Source: Flavobacteriales bacterium
GTDB lineage: Bacteria; Bacteroidota; Bacteroidia; Flavobacteriales_D; JBKBNH01
NCBI GenBank assembly: GCA_046295395.1
Contig: JBKBNH010000002.1
Location: 142,056-206,055 of the forward strand
Length of the DNA stretch: 64,000 nt
Reading direction: 5' to 3'
The position numbers were made by a program, and so were the translations under genes. The notes beneath the pieces were generated by a model, which saw only the letters and a program-made list of their open reading frames with translations, searched no databases and was not told where the DNA came from. Positions 9,169 through 19,571 of the stretch are shown here, piece by piece. Position 1 is the first letter of the stretch. The number at the start of each line of letters is the position of its first letter.

Positions 9169-9576
9169 CTAATTAATTTTAAAGTGGAGTGGAAGGCTGT
9201 GTCTGACGTTTACTGGCTGCCCATTTAAAATTCCCGGGCTCCATGGTGGCATAGAGCTTACCACTCTTATAGCCTCCTCATCAAGCAAAGGGTGTGTGGG
9301 CCGAAGGGAGTTTACATCAGCTATGCTACCATCTTTTCTAACGGTAAATTGTATGTATACCTTACCAAAAATTCCATTTTCTAGAGCTTCTTGGGGATAC
9401 ACGAGGTTTTCGATGATGTATTTATTCATTGCAATCACGCCCCCCGGAAACTCAGGCATTACCTCGATCATTTCATAGGTGTTTGTGTCTGCTTGTGCGA
9501 AGGTCTTAGTAGAATAAACCAGTGCCAGCAAAAATGTCGAGATATACAAAATTGGCTTAATTATGTCGTTTTTCAT
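9169..9576 (-). CDS. TonB C-terminal domain protein (small, signal-anchored)
   Basis: 135 aa with an N-terminal hydrophobic anchor. The motif EVMPEFPGG...YPQEALENGIFGKVYIQFTVRKDGSI is the TonB_C signature. Confidence 0.7.
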   Translation of the reverse strand: MKNDIIKPILYISTFLLALVYSTKTFAQADTNTYEMIEVMPEFPGGVIAMNKYIIENLVYPQEALENGIFGKVYIQFTVRKDGSIADVNSLRPTHPLLDEEAIRVVSSMPPWSPGILNGQPVNVRHSLPLHFKIN

Positions 9577-9746
9577 GGGTTAATTACTCTTGTTTGAAAT
9601 AGGATACAACGTTTTTTCAGCGTTTATATTTTGCTCCAAGATATTCAAATTATGCACCGGTATAAAACCTGTGTTTTTTAGAGCTAACATCTTCTCGGTA
9701 AAACTACGTATTTTTTGCTGTTTACCATTACCCTATATTCGTTCTT

Positions 9747-12700
9747 ATGAAAAACCTGTATTGGCTTGTGTTTATTTTAAATACGCTTTTGGCAACGGCA
9801 CAAAACACTCACTTAGTGATTAATCCCGAAGGACACCGAGCGCAGATTAGGGCATTGGAACTTTCTGCCGATGGAAAGCATTTCTATACCGGTGGCTTTG
9901 ACAAAACAATAAAAATTTGGGAAACCTCTACAGGTCAATATACCGGAGAATTACTTACTCAAATTGGGCTTGGAAGCGAGGGGATGATATATGCTCTGAC
10001 CGCCTCGCCCGATGGCAAGTGGCTTGCGGTCGGCGGCTGGTTAGGCGCAAACGATGAAACAGAGCCCATAGGTGATATTCGCATATTTAATCTTCAAACC
10101 CGCAGAATTGAGCAGGTTATTAAGCATCACGCTAATGCTGTGTTCGCTTTAAAATATAGCCCTGATAGCCGATTTTTGTTTAGCGGCGATGCCGAGGGTG
10201 AATTTGTTCAGTGGGAAGCAGAAACAGGAAAAAAAGTACTGCAATATGCAAACAAAGACAAAATAGAAGTACTAAGTATTGATATTCAACAAGACAACAT
10301 TGTTACTTCAGATACCGAGGGCGGTGTTAAGTTATGGAAACAAGGCAAAGCAAAACCGGTGAAAATAGACCAGTCTCTAAAAGGTATTCAGACTCACTGT
10401 GTAAGGTTCTCCCCTGACGGGAAAACAATAGCCGCCTGTGGCGATAAGTTCGTTGTGTTTTATAACGAGAAGCTACAGGCTCAGTCGTTCTTCGAAAATG
10501 AGAACAATCCCCATTTTTGCGAATTTTCTCCTGATGGAAAATTTATGTTTCTCGGAACGTTGACTCATGGAGAAAACCACGTGATGAATGTTTTGCACAA
10601 GTCTGGCGAAGAGTGGGAAAAACACAGTGATTATACTGGTTTTAAAGATGCCGTTTATGCCGGCAAGTTTATTTCTGGGCAGGAGTTTATTGTTGCCGGG
10701 GGCGAACTAAACGAAATCGTTCGGTTTTCAATTGAAAACCCAAACACTCCGCTACACGTGGTTTATAAAAAATACGGCAAGGGAAAAGCAATATATGCCG
10801 CCTCACTTATTGACAAAGAAATAGTTTATGCCGATAAATGGACGGAAAACTTTGGTATGTCTGCCTATAACAAACAGTTTAGCCTAGCTCTCATGGATTT
10901 TATTTCGCCGGTTGAAAAACTCGCTTGGAAAAGACCTGAAACAGCACAAAAAGAATATAGCTTGGAACGCAAAAGAATGGGACGCGAGGTGGCAGATCTC
11001 AATTCCGGATTAATTATTAAGAAAAACGGCATTGCGGTGGATTCCATAAAAAGAAATTACTGGGACGGCTCAAGACACAACGTATTTACCCTTGCCGAAA
11101 ACAAAACAAAACCCATAATAATTTCAGGGGGTTCTTACGGCACACTATCCGCTTACTCTATAAGAGGTTTTGAGCTAACAAGATTTGTAGGGCACGAAGG
11201 CGATATTTGGGGCTCTACACTGTCCGCTGACGGGAAAAGACTTATTTCTTGCAGTAGCGACGGTATGATTAAGATATGGGACTTAAGTAATGTAGGCATT
11301 CCTAACAAAGAGGCCAAAGTAAAATCCATTTGGGACAACGTTGTGGACAAAGTTTCGCGTAAAAAATTCTTTGAACTTTTTGAAATACTCAAAATAGAAG
11401 AGTTGGGAAAACAACCCTCGGCCGAAGCCTGGAGAATTGTTATCCAAAAATTACACGATTACGGCTACTCGCCACTGGCTAATTACTTCGAAAAAGAACT
11501 TCACCTTCAATTAGTAAACTACGTGTATCCTATTGTCTCTCTTTTCATTACAGCCGATGGCGAGTGGATTATTTGGAACAATGAGGGCTATTTTATGAGT
11601 TCTAAAAAAGGAGCCAAATATGTGGGTTACCACTTAAATCAGGGAAAAGATAAAGAAGCAAAATACTACCCTTTCGAGCAGTTTGATATAAAATATAATC
11701 GTCCGGATATTATTCTTAAAGACCTTGCCATTGCTCCTCAGGAAGTGATTGACGGATACTATCTGGCATATAAACGAAGACTCAAAAAGATGGGCCTCAA
11801 AGAAGAGGATTTAGATGCAGATATTCACCTGCCCGAATTAGTGGTAAACAGCTACGACCTGAGCAATGGCATAGCTCAGGTCTCACTAAAGGCGAACGAC
11901 AAAAAATATCCCCTTGACCGACTATACGTTTATATAAACGACGTCCCTGTTTATGGCACAAAAGGCAAAAAAATCACAGGATTATCAATTGAAGAAAGCC
12001 TGAGCATACCACTTGCAAATGGCAAAAACAAGGTGCAAATCTCTGTGTTAAACAAAAAGGGCCAAGAATCGCTTCGGGAGACTATCTGGTTGACAAATCA
12101 CCAAGAACTGCCCAGCAAACTCTACGTGCTTAGCATTGGTGTTTCGCAATACAAAGACAAAAAATTCAATTTGAATTACGCTGCCAAAGACGCCACAGAT
12201 ATAGCCACAGCCCTTTCTAAAAGCAAACTGTTTGCTTCTGTTGAGATTAAAACCCTTACCGACAAAGAAGTAACCCGAGAAAATATTCTAAAGCTAAAAG
12301 AAAACTGGCTAAGCAAAGCCAATATAGACGATATGGTAATTGTTTTTTTTGCCGGACACGGCGTGCTTGATAAAGAACTTGATTACTACTTTGCTACACA
12401 CGACATGGATTTTATGAACCCCGAAACAAAAGGCATTTCTTATGCCGAGATTGAGTCGCTGATGGATGGTATTAAACCCCTTAAAAAGCTACTGTTTATG
12501 GATAGTTGTCACTCCGGTGAACTAGAAAAAGAAGATGTAGAGTTGGCCGTTGTAACCAAGGTTGATGATGGAGAAATAGCTTTTAGAAATGCCGGCTCAG
12601 TAGGCGTTGTGGCAAAAAGGGGAATCGGCTTAAATCAGGCGAGCGAACTGGCTTCAAATGTATTTCTGGATTTGAGAAAAGGCACCGGAACTACTGTTAT

Positions 12701-12938
12701 ATCCTCTGCCGGGGGTGCCGAATTTGCCCTAGAAAGTGGTCAATGGAAAAACGGATTGTTTACCTTCTGTTTGCTCAACGGTATCTCTTCCGGCGCTGCC
12801 GACTTAAACACCGATGATAAAATATACATCAGCGAACTGCAAAAATACGTCGGCGAACAAGTGCTGCTCCTATCCGGGGGCAACCAAAAACCCACCTACA
12901 GAAGAGAAAATCTGGAGTTTGATTACCGCATCTGGTAA
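9747..12938 (+). CDS. Exported WD40-repeat / caspase-family (peptidase C14) fusion protein
   Basis: 1063 aa with signal peptide MKNLYWLVFILNTLLATAQ. WD40 units are present (GGFDKTIKIWE; VGHEGDIWGSTLSADGKRLISCSSDGMIKIWDL). The C-terminal caspase fold spans about 12120-12560, with His in VFFAGHGV (12357-12359) and Cys in MDSCHSGE (12507-12509). Confidence 0.85.
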   Translation: MKNLYWLVFILNTLLATAQNTHLVINPEGHRAQIRALELSADGKHFYTGGFDKTIKIWETSTGQYTGELLTQIGLGSEGMIYALTASPDGKWLAVGGWLGANDETEPIGDIRIFNLQTRRIEQVIKHHANAVFALKYSPDSRFLFSGDAEGEFVQWEAETGKKVLQYANKDKIEVLSIDIQQDNIVTSDTEGGVKLWKQGKAKPVKIDQSLKGIQTHCVRFSPDGKTIAACGDKFVVFYNEKLQAQSFFENENNPHFCEFSPDGKFMFLGTLTHGENHVMNVLHKSGEEWEKHSDYTGFKDAVYAGKFISGQEFIVAGGELNEIVRFSIENPNTPLHVVYKKYGKGKAIYAASLIDKEIVYADKWTENFGMSAYNKQFSLALMDFISPVEKLAWKRPETAQKEYSLERKRMGREVADLNSGLIIKKNGIAVDSIKRNYWDGSRHNVFTLAENKTKPIIISGGSYGTLSAYSIRGFELTRFVGHEGDIWGSTLSADGKRLISCSSDGMIKIWDLSNVGIPNKEAKVKSIWDNVVDKVSRKKFFELFEILKIEELGKQPSAEAWRIVIQKLHDYGYSPLANYFEKELHLQLVNYVYPIVSLFITADGEWIIWNNEGYFMSSKKGAKYVGYHLNQGKDKEAKYYPFEQFDIKYNRPDIILKDLAIAPQEVIDGYYLAYKRRLKKMGLKEEDLDADIHLPELVVNSYDLSNGIAQVSLKANDKKYPLDRLYVYINDVPVYGTKGKKITGLSIEESLSIPLANGKNKVQISVLNKKGQESLRETIWLTNHQELPSKLYVLSIGVSQYKDKKFNLNYAAKDATDIATALSKSKLFASVEIKTLTDKEVTRENILKLKENWLSKANIDDMVIVFFAGHGVLDKELDYYFATHDMDFMNPETKGISYAEIESLMDGIKPLKKLLFMDSCHSGELEKEDVELAVVTKVDDGEIAFRNAGSVGVVAKRGIGLNQASELASNVFLDLRKGTGTTVISSAGGAEFALESGQWKNGLFTFCLLNGISSGAADLNTDDKIYISELQKYVGEQVLLLSGGNQKPTYRRENLEFDYRIW

Positions 12939-13042
12939 TTTCACCGTTTTGAATAATCAACCGCAACCAGATATAAAATACCCGGTTTAAAAATGCCCCG
13001 AAAGATCAATATTGCGTACTTTCGCAAAAAAGCTTGCACACC

Positions 13043-13954
13043 GTGTCGATAGAAGTTAAAAATGTAACCAAAATTTATGGCGATCAAAAAGCGCTAAACA
13101 ACATTTCTTTTTCCATTTCTTCTAAAGAAGTAGTAGGGTTTTTAGGTCCAAATGGTGCAGGAAAATCTACCATGATGAAAATTATTACCTGCTTTATTCC
13201 TCAAACAGAAGGCTTGGTTAAGGTTTGTGGGTTGGATGTAAGAGAAGAATCTATTGAAGTAAGAAAAAAAGTAGGCTACCTTCCCGAACACAATCCACTT
13301 TACTTGGATATGTACGTAAAAGAATACCTCGATTTTGTAGCAGGACTGCACCAGATAAAATCGCCAGGAAAACGTGTTGCAGAAATGGTAGATACTGTCG
13401 GACTGCAACTAGAACAACACAAAAAAATCGGAGCCCTCTCCAAAGGATACCGCCAACGGGTAGGCTTGGCTCAAGCCATGATGCACAATCCGGAAGTGCT
13501 TATCTTAGATGAGCCCACAAGCGGTCTCGACCCTAACCAGCTAGACGAAATTCGCAACCTGATAAAAAAACTTGGAAAAGAAAAAACCGTAATGCTATCA
13601 ACCCACATTATGCAAGAAGTTGAAGCAATATGCGATAGAATTATCATCATAAACCGGGGAGAACTAGTTGCCGACAATTCAACAGAAAATATAAAACAAA
13701 CAACCTTATCAAAACAGGTTGTAAAAGTAGAATTTGATCAAAAAATAAACGAAGAAAAACTCCGTAGTCTTCCCAAGGTAACCGAAGCAATAAACGCCGA
13801 AGGCAACACCTGGTTAATCGAGTCTAAAAGCCAAGACGACTTAAGGCCTTTAATAGCACGCCTAGCAACAGAAAACAACTGGCTGGTGCTAGAGATGCAA
13901 AAAGAGAAAGAGAGCCTTGAGGGCGCTTTTAAAAGGCTTACAAAAGGCGCTTAA
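13043..13954 (+). CDS. gldA: ABC transporter ATP-binding protein, gliding-motility GldA-like
   Basis: Walker A GPNGAGKST, signature LSKGYRQR, Walker B LILDEPTSGLD. The N-terminus MSIEV...GYLPEHNPLYLDMYVKEYL resembles flavobacterial GldA. The start is placed at GTG 13043; an in-frame TTG at 13034 is an alternative. Confidence 0.7.
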   Translation: MSIEVKNVTKIYGDQKALNNISFSISSKEVVGFLGPNGAGKSTMMKIITCFIPQTEGLVKVCGLDVREESIEVRKKVGYLPEHNPLYLDMYVKEYLDFVAGLHQIKSPGKRVAEMVDTVGLQLEQHKKIGALSKGYRQRVGLAQAMMHNPEVLILDEPTSGLDPNQLDEIRNLIKKLGKEKTVMLSTHIMQEVEAICDRIIIINRGELVADNSTENIKQTTLSKQVVKVEFDQKINEEKLRSLPKVTEAINAEGNTWLIESKSQDDLRPLIARLATENNWLVLEMQKEKESLEGAFKRLTKGA

Positions 13955-14284
13955 CCCCTGTTAATTTATCGTAAAAGCTTGCTCCTGTTATCGGCACAAG
14001 AGATCTTCGTTGCAAAACTTGAAGATTTATGCGTTTTTGTCGGACTCATTTTAGGCTTTTGCTTTGCAATGTGACTCGCGCCTACTCGCCACCGAAAACA
14101 GATGCTACGCAGGATAACAAGGCGTTTAAAAAACTCAAATACACATAACAACCGGGGTTGGCTTTAACCGCATCAAAAATCTTCTTTTCCGATAAGCGTT
14201 ATTCTCGAGCTCGGATTCGGCTTTATATTTTACGCTTATTTGACTTTGGTGTTAGCTCTTTGGTTGTTTAATTCAGATTCTCCC

Positions 14285-14292
14285 TACCTTTG
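14285..14292 (+). promoter_or_regulatory. Bacteroidetes-type -7 promoter box (TAnnTTTG) for mnmG
   Basis: TACCTTTG lies 24 nt upstream of the ATG at 14316. A TTTG at 14259-14262 could serve as the -33 element. Confidence 0.5.
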
Positions 14293-14315
14293 CGCTTCAA
14301 CTTAGTAAAGTTCAG

Positions 14316-16187
14316 ATGCTGAAAGAATACGATATAATTGTAGTGGGCGGAGGCCATGCGGGCAACGAAGCAGCAGCAGCAGCAGCCAACATGGGCTCCA
14401 GTGTGTTAATGATTACTATGAACATGGAGACCATCGGGCAAATGTCGTGCAACCCGGCCATGGGGGGGATAGCTAAAGGTCAGTTAATCAGGGAGATAGA
14501 CGCTTTAGGCGGATACTCAGGAATTGTTTCTGACCGTAGTGCAATTCAGTTTCGAATGCTTAATCGCTCCAAGGGCCCTGCCATGTGGAGCCCAAGAACT
14601 CAAAACGACAGAATGTTATTTTCCCAATACTGGCGGTTAATGTTAGAACAAACACCTAATGTTGATTTTTGGCAGGATATGGTTGTTGGTCTTTTGATAG
14701 AGGGGGGCAAAGCTTGTGGGGTAAAAACATCTCTAGGAACAGAAATATACTCAAAAGCTGTAATCGTAAATAGCGGAACGTTTCTCAACGGAATTATCCA
14801 TATCGGCGAAAAACAAATCGGCGGAGGTCGTGTTGGAGAAAAAGCCGCTTTTGGCATTACTGAACAGCTAGTAGATTTAGGCTTTGAGGCGGGCAGAATG
14901 AAAACCGGCACCCCTCCCAGGGTAGATGGTCGCTCGCTCAACTACGGCAAAATGGAGATACAAGAAGGCGACGAAAAATCCGCCAAATTCTCATTCAGCC
15001 CGGAAACAAATTCTTTAAAAAAACAACGCTGTTGTTGGATTACCTACACCAATGCTACTGTACACGATTTACTCCGCGAAGGATTTGACCGTTCGCCCAT
15101 GTTTAATGGCGCCATACAAAGTCGAGGGCCTCGTTATTGTCCTTCCATTGAAGATAAAATAACCCGGTTTGCGGACAAAGAAAGGCATCAATTATTCGTA
15201 GAGCCCGAAGGGTGGGACACTGTTGAGGTATATGTGAACGGGTTTTCTACGTCGCTGCCGGAAGACGTGCAGCTAAAAGCCATGAAAACAATCCCCGGAT
15301 TTGAAAACGCTAAAATGTTCCGCCCCGGATATGCTATTGAATACGATTATTTCCCCCCCACACAATTAAAACATTCGCTGGAAACCAAAATCATCGAAAA
15401 CTTGTTTTTCAGTGGTCAGATAAACGGCACCACCGGATACGAAGAAGCGGCATGTCAAGGGCTAATGGCGGGAATTAATGCCCATCTTAAAATAAACCAA
15501 AAAGATGCGTTTATCCTCAATCGTGACGAGGCCTATATCGGAGTATTGATTGACGATTTAATTACCAAAGGAACGGAAGAACCCTACCGTATGTTTACCT
15601 CGCGCGCCGAATACAGAATACTACTTAGGCAAGATAATGCCGACACTAGGCTTACACCCCTGGGACACAAAATAGGATTAGCCTCGGACGACAGATTAAA
15701 ACTAGTAGAACAAAAAGCCCACTACGTTAGCCGGTTTATTAAATGGACAAAAGACCACTCCGTAGAACCCGCAGATGTAAACCCAATACTTGAGAAAACA
15801 GGCTCACCTCTCATAACTCAAAAAACTAAACTGTACGGCCTACTTACTCGCCCACACTCAAAACTCGAAGATTTCACGTCAGAAACTAAAAAGTTTCACG
15901 TGGAACATTCGTTAAACAGCTCGCTAAACGAAGCAATAGAATCAGCAGAAATACTCATAAAATATGAAGGCTACATAGCCAAGGAGAAAGAAGTGGCCGA
16001 TAAAATACAGCGGCTAGAATATGTTCCTATTCCGGGAGATATAGACTACTCCAAATTGGCCTCAATCTCTTCCGAATCAAAAGAAAAACTTAACAAAATA
16101 AGACCCCGAACACTTGGACAGGCCTCCCGAATAAGCGGCATAAAACCAAGTGACATATCTATTTTGATGATATATTTGGGCCGATAA
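14316..16187 (+). CDS. mnmG: tRNA uridine-5-carboxymethylaminomethyl(34) synthesis enzyme MnmG (GidA)
   Basis: 623 aa. N-terminal FAD motif [16 protein letters not shown], then [23 protein letters not shown] and [16 protein letters not shown]. It is collinear with GidA over its full length. Confidence 0.95.
   Translation: MLKEYDIIVVGGGHAGNEAAAAAANMGSSVLMITMNMETIGQMSCNPAMGGIAKGQLIREIDALGGYSGIVSDRSAIQFRMLNRSKGPAMWSPRTQNDRMLFSQYWRLMLEQTPNVDFWQDMVVGLLIEGGKACGVKTSLGTEIYSKAVIVNSGTFLNGIIHIGEKQIGGGRVGEKAAFGITEQLVDLGFEAGRMKTGTPPRVDGRSLNYGKMEIQEGDEKSAKFSFSPETNSLKKQRCCWITYTNATVHDLLREGFDRSPMFNGAIQSRGPRYCPSIEDKITRFADKERHQLFVEPEGWDTVEVYVNGFSTSLPEDVQLKAMKTIPGFENAKMFRPGYAIEYDYFPPTQLKHSLETKIIENLFFSGQINGTTGYEEAACQGLMAGINAHLKINQKDAFILNRDEAYIGVLIDDLITKGTEEPYRMFTSRAEYRILLRQDNADTRLTPLGHKIGLASDDRLKLVEQKAHYVSRFIKWTKDHSVEPADVNPILEKTGSPLITQKTKLYGLLTRPHSKLEDFTSETKKFHVEHSLNSSLNEAIESAEILIKYEGYIAKEKEVADKIQRLEYVPIPGDIDYSKLASISSESKEKLNKIRPRTLGQASRISGIKPSDISILMIYLGR
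15893..15908. other. parS-like ParB binding site (15/16 match), inside the mnmG 3' region
   Basis: AGTTTCACGTGGAACA. Its reverse complement TGTTCCACGTGAAACT differs at one terminal base from the canonical parS TGTTCCACGTGAAACA. Confidence 0.6.
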
Positions 16188-16194
16188 TCATTAC

Positions 16195-17097
16195 ATGTTT
16201 CACGTGGAACAATCTCAAAAAACAAACATATCCAGCTGCCCGATTTGCAAAGGAGAAAAGCAAATCCCTTTTTTAATTTGTAAAGATTACACCGTCAGTA
16301 AAGAAGATTTTAGCATTGTTTCGTGCGGAGATTGTTCTTTTCGTTACACCCAAAATCCCCCTATAGAAAGCGAGGCTTATCGCTTTTATCAATCAGAAGA
16401 TTATGTTTCTCACTCTTCCTCCCGGAAAGGAATAATCAATTTTCTGTATAATAAAGTGCGCGTAAAAACATTGCGGCAGAAAGTAAAAATTGTAAAAAAA
16501 TACTCTCGAGGAAACATCCTTGTAGATGTTGGGGCAGGGACGGGACACTTTCTGAACGAAGCAAAAAATAGCGGCCTATCTGCCGAAGGATTTGAGCCAA
16601 GTAAAGACGCTTGTTTGTTTGCCAAAGAAAACTTTAATATAGAGCTCCGGTCAACCGAAGAGCTATTTAACAAAGAGTCGAATAGTGTCGATGTGATTAC
16701 TCTTTGGCACGTTTTAGAACATGTGTATCCACTAAAAGAGTATGTAAAAACCATTCGTCGCATTTTAAAAAACAACGGCATAGTAATTATTGCCGTACCG
16801 AACTGTGTCTCCTACGATGCCGAACACTACCAAAAGCACTGGGCGGCTTATGACGTTCCCCGACACCTGTATCATTTTCGTCCGGAAAGCATTAATCATT
16901 TATCGCAACTTTTTGATTTAGAGCTAATTGACACCCTGCCGATGAGCTATGATGCCTATTATGTGTCTATGTTGAGTGAAAAACACAAAAGAGGCAATGT
17001 GCTGAAAGCCATTTGGTTAGGATTTTTATCTAATCGAAAAGCAAAACGCTCGGGAATGTATTCGAGTTTGATTTATGTGCTCCAAAAACGTAAATAA
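16195..17097 (+). CDS. Class I SAM-dependent methyltransferase with N-terminal Cys4 zinc ribbon
   Basis: CPICKG...CGDCSF zinc ribbon, SAM motif I ILVDVGAGTGHF, and downstream VITLWHVLEHV. Confidence 0.75.
   Translation: MFHVEQSQKTNISSCPICKGEKQIPFLICKDYTVSKEDFSIVSCGDCSFRYTQNPPIESEAYRFYQSEDYVSHSSSRKGIINFLYNKVRVKTLRQKVKIVKKYSRGNILVDVGAGTGHFLNEAKNSGLSAEGFEPSKDACLFAKENFNIELRSTEELFNKESNSVDVITLWHVLEHVYPLKEYVKTIRRILKNNGIVIIAVPNCVSYDAEHYQKHWAAYDVPRHLYHFRPESINHLSQLFDLELIDTLPMSYDAYYVSMLSEKHKRGNVLKAIWLGFLSNRKAKRSGMYSSLIYVLQKRK
16196..16211. other. parS centromere-like site (exact match to canonical 16-mer)
   Basis: TGTTTCACGTGGAACA is the reverse complement of TGTTCCACGTGAAACA, the classical parS sequence. 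It lies 8 nt after the mnmG stop and overlaps the ATG of the next gene. Confidence 0.75.
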
Positions 17098-17194
17098 AGC
17101 CCTGTAAAAACACTTATCCCCCTCAAAAAGGAAAACTATTGCCTAAAAAAAGAAAGCGAAGCCTAGCCCTGTTTTATGAAGTCGGTTTTTGATC

Positions 17195-17671
17195 TTAAGA
17201 GAGTAGTTTTTGTCTGAGCATAAACTCCAGTTGCTTGTTTGCTTGAAGAAGGCTTTCAGATAATGTTTTGTTTTCTTCCCTAAGCATATAAACCTCGTAT
17301 GATTTTTCAATTATAATTTTCAAATAATTTTCATCCCAAGGTTTAGAAATGTATTTATAAACCTGTCCCTTATTAATTGCATCAATTACAGCCTCCATGT
17401 CGGAATATCCGGTTATTAATATTCTAATGGGCAAAGGATACATTTCTAATACCAGTTCCAAAAACTGAATTCCCGACATTTCAGGCATTTTTTGATCTGT
17501 AAGCAATACTTGAACTTCGTTTTTATCAAGAATACTTAACCCCTCAGGGGCACTTTTAGCCAGTAGAATATTAAAATCTCTTCTGAATGCTGCTTTAAAT
17601 GCATTTAAATTTTCCGGCTCATCGTCTACATATAAAACCGTAATTTTGTGACTCTTCTTAGGCTCTTCCAT
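17195..17671 (-). CDS. Response regulator (receiver domain + short coiled-coil tail)
   Basis: REC motifs VLYVDDE, LLTDQKMPEMSG, YKYISKPWD. It has no DNA-binding domain. It is divergent from the ThiF-like operon, and its REC domain is paralogous to the one at 21665. Confidence 0.8.
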   Translation of the reverse strand: MEEPKKSHKITVLYVDDEPENLNAFKAAFRRDFNILLAKSAPEGLSILDKNEVQVLLTDQKMPEMSGIQFLELVLEMYPLPIRILITGYSDMEAVIDAINKGQVYKYISKPWDENYLKIIIEKSYEVYMLREENKTLSESLLQANKQLEFMLRQKLLS

Positions 17672-17818
17672 CTGTGTTATGCAATAAGTAAATTAATTAA
17701 AGAAATATGATTTTGGTTTGTCAAATTTAATCAATTATCTTATTATTACACCATTGCTGCCTTACTACCAAGATAACAGCCCGTTAATAAATTGTTAGCA
17801 CAATCATAAATAACTCTT

Positions 17819-18889
17819 ATGAAAACCCTGAATCATATTCTATTGAATAGAAAAACTAAAACAGACGAAATAAAGTATCAGCAAATATTGAAAAAAAACA
17901 AGCCTATACTTTTTAATCAAATAAAAATCCAACTGAAAGATTATATAAAGCTAAAACACCCTCAACAAGAACTTACACCAAAAGAATATAACCAAAAAAT
18001 AAAAGAAAAACTAAAAGGCACAACACTTGAAAAATATGGCAATTGGGTTTACTACCCCTGGACAAACAGATTTGTTCACATATTGCCCGAGGATGAGTTT
18101 AAAACTGTAAGAACTATAAGAAACCGATATAAAATAACGGCACAAGAAGAAGAAACTCTATCAACTAAAAAAGTTGGTATTATAGGTCTTTCGGTTGGCC
18201 AGTCGGTTGCGCTTGCACTTGCCATGGAGCGAATAGGCGGAGAAATAAGAATTGCTGATTTTGACACACTAGAACTTTCTAATTTAAACAGAATACGAAC
18301 GGGAATCCACAATCTGGGACTTGCCAAAACTACCGTTGTAGTAAGAGAAATAGCAGAAATAGACCCCTATATAAAAGTAACTTGCTTTAACGAAGGTATA
18401 ACCGAAAACAACCTCAATGAATTTATCGGTACAAACAAAAAAAAACTCGACTTATTGATTGACGAGTGCGACTCTATTGACATAAAGTTTAGGTGTAGAG
18501 AGGCGGCAAAAAAAGAACAAATTCCGGTGCTGATGGACACCAGCGACAGGGGTATGTTGGATATTGAGCGGTTTGATTTAGAGCCGGAAAGAGCCCTTTT
18601 TCACGGACTAATCGACAAAAGCATGAATAACTCCATAAAAAAAGGTTTAAATACAAAACAAAAGTTTGAAATTGTAAGTGCCATACTGGACATGCAAAAC
18701 ATTTCGAACAGAATGTCGGAGTCGTTCACAGAAATTGGAAAAACTATAACAACCTGGCCACAGCTAGCCTCTTCAGTAATTCTTGGGGGTGCAATTACGG
18801 CTATTGTTGGCAGAAAAATACTTTTAGGCGAAAAAATAAAGTCGGGCAGATACTATGTAGATGTAGACAAAATAATTGACCGTGTATAA
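17819..18889 (+). CDS. ThiF/MoeB/HesA-family E1-like adenylyltransferase (Rv1355c/MoeY-type N-terminal half)
   Basis: Nucleotide-binding loop VGIIGLSVGQSVALALA, then ADFDTLELSNLNRI (Arg finger/SNLNR motif) and LLIDECDSIDIKF (DxxD). There is a ~110-aa N-terminal extension with WVYYPW. Confidence 0.7.
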   Translation: MKTLNHILLNRKTKTDEIKYQQILKKNKPILFNQIKIQLKDYIKLKHPQQELTPKEYNQKIKEKLKGTTLEKYGNWVYYPWTNRFVHILPEDEFKTVRTIRNRYKITAQEEETLSTKKVGIIGLSVGQSVALALAMERIGGEIRIADFDTLELSNLNRIRTGIHNLGLAKTTVVVREIAEIDPYIKVTCFNEGITENNLNEFIGTNKKKLDLLIDECDSIDIKFRCREAAKKEQIPVLMDTSDRGMLDIERFDLEPERALFHGLIDKSMNNSIKKGLNTKQKFEIVSAILDMQNISNRMSESFTEIGKTITTWPQLASSVILGGAITAIVGRKILLGEKIKSGRYYVDVDKIIDRV

Positions 18890-19571
18890 AATAAGAGTAT
18901 ATAGAGCCCCCGACGAAGAGGATACGTGCAAAACCTATATAGAGGGGCATGCTAAGGTTTTGCAGGATTATGGTGTTACCATGATAACCTCTTACAAACC
19001 CACTTGGCAGCATAATCCCCAGGTATATTGTATTATTGCCACTGATGAAAAAAATGAAATGGTCGGCGGAATACGATTACACATCGCTGACGAAATAGTG
19101 CCCCTTCCAATGGAAGATGCTATTACCAAATTAGACCGCGGCATTCACGATTTGGTAAAAAAGTATATGAAAAATGGCGTAGGAGAGCTGTGTGGTTTAT
19201 GGAACTCTAAAAGAGTTGCCGGGGTAGGGCTAAGTTTTGTGTTAACAAGGGCCGCTATATCTGTAATTAACCAACTTAAATTTTCTACACTAATGGGAAT
19301 CTGTGCCGAATATTCTCTACAAATGTTTTTAGATGTTGGTTTTAAAATAGACGCTTCACTAGCAAAAAACGGCGAATTTCCCTACCCAACAGAAGAATAC
19401 ATTACCCGGGTAGTGGGTATATTAAACACCGATTCGCTAGCCACCGCCAAAGAATACGACAAAGAGCGAATGCTTGGGTTAAGAAAAGCCCCCATTCAAA
19501 TTAGAGAAGAAACGGGGAAAAAGGGCAACTTTCTCGTTTCGTATGATTTAACTGTTTATAATAAACCATGA
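18876..19571 (+). CDS. Hypothetical protein, possibly GNAT-fold acyltransferase-like
   Basis: 231 aa starting at TTG 18876 or GTG 18882, with no early ATG; it overlaps the ThiF-like stop. The segment GGIRLH...GELCGLWNSKRVAGVGLSFVLTRAA...GF resembles an acyl-CoA-binding beta-bulge/helix region of GNAT-like enzymes. This is weak, by-eye evidence. Confidence 0.4.
   Translation: MTVYKIRVYRAPDEEDTCKTYIEGHAKVLQDYGVTMITSYKPTWQHNPQVYCIIATDEKNEMVGGIRLHIADEIVPLPMEDAITKLDRGIHDLVKKYMKNGVGELCGLWNSKRVAGVGLSFVLTRAAISVINQLKFSTLMGICAEYSLQMFLDVGFKIDASLAKNGEFPYPTEEYITRVVGILNTDSLATAKEYDKERMLGLRKAPIQIREETGKKGNFLVSYDLTVYNKP

Noticed and set aside
9590-9823. 77-aa ORF spanning the promoter and start of the WD40-caspase gene
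   Set aside because: It overlaps the well-supported signal peptide of the 1063-aa gene in another frame and has no features of its own.
13955-14315. 360-bp gap upstream of mnmG, examined for ncRNA or oriC features (DnaA boxes) because of the nearby parS sites
   Set aside because: No TTATCCACA-like boxes (best match 7/9), no conserved ncRNA motif I could recognise, and no strong secondary structure. The 61-aa minus-strand ORF (13966-14151) has no support.
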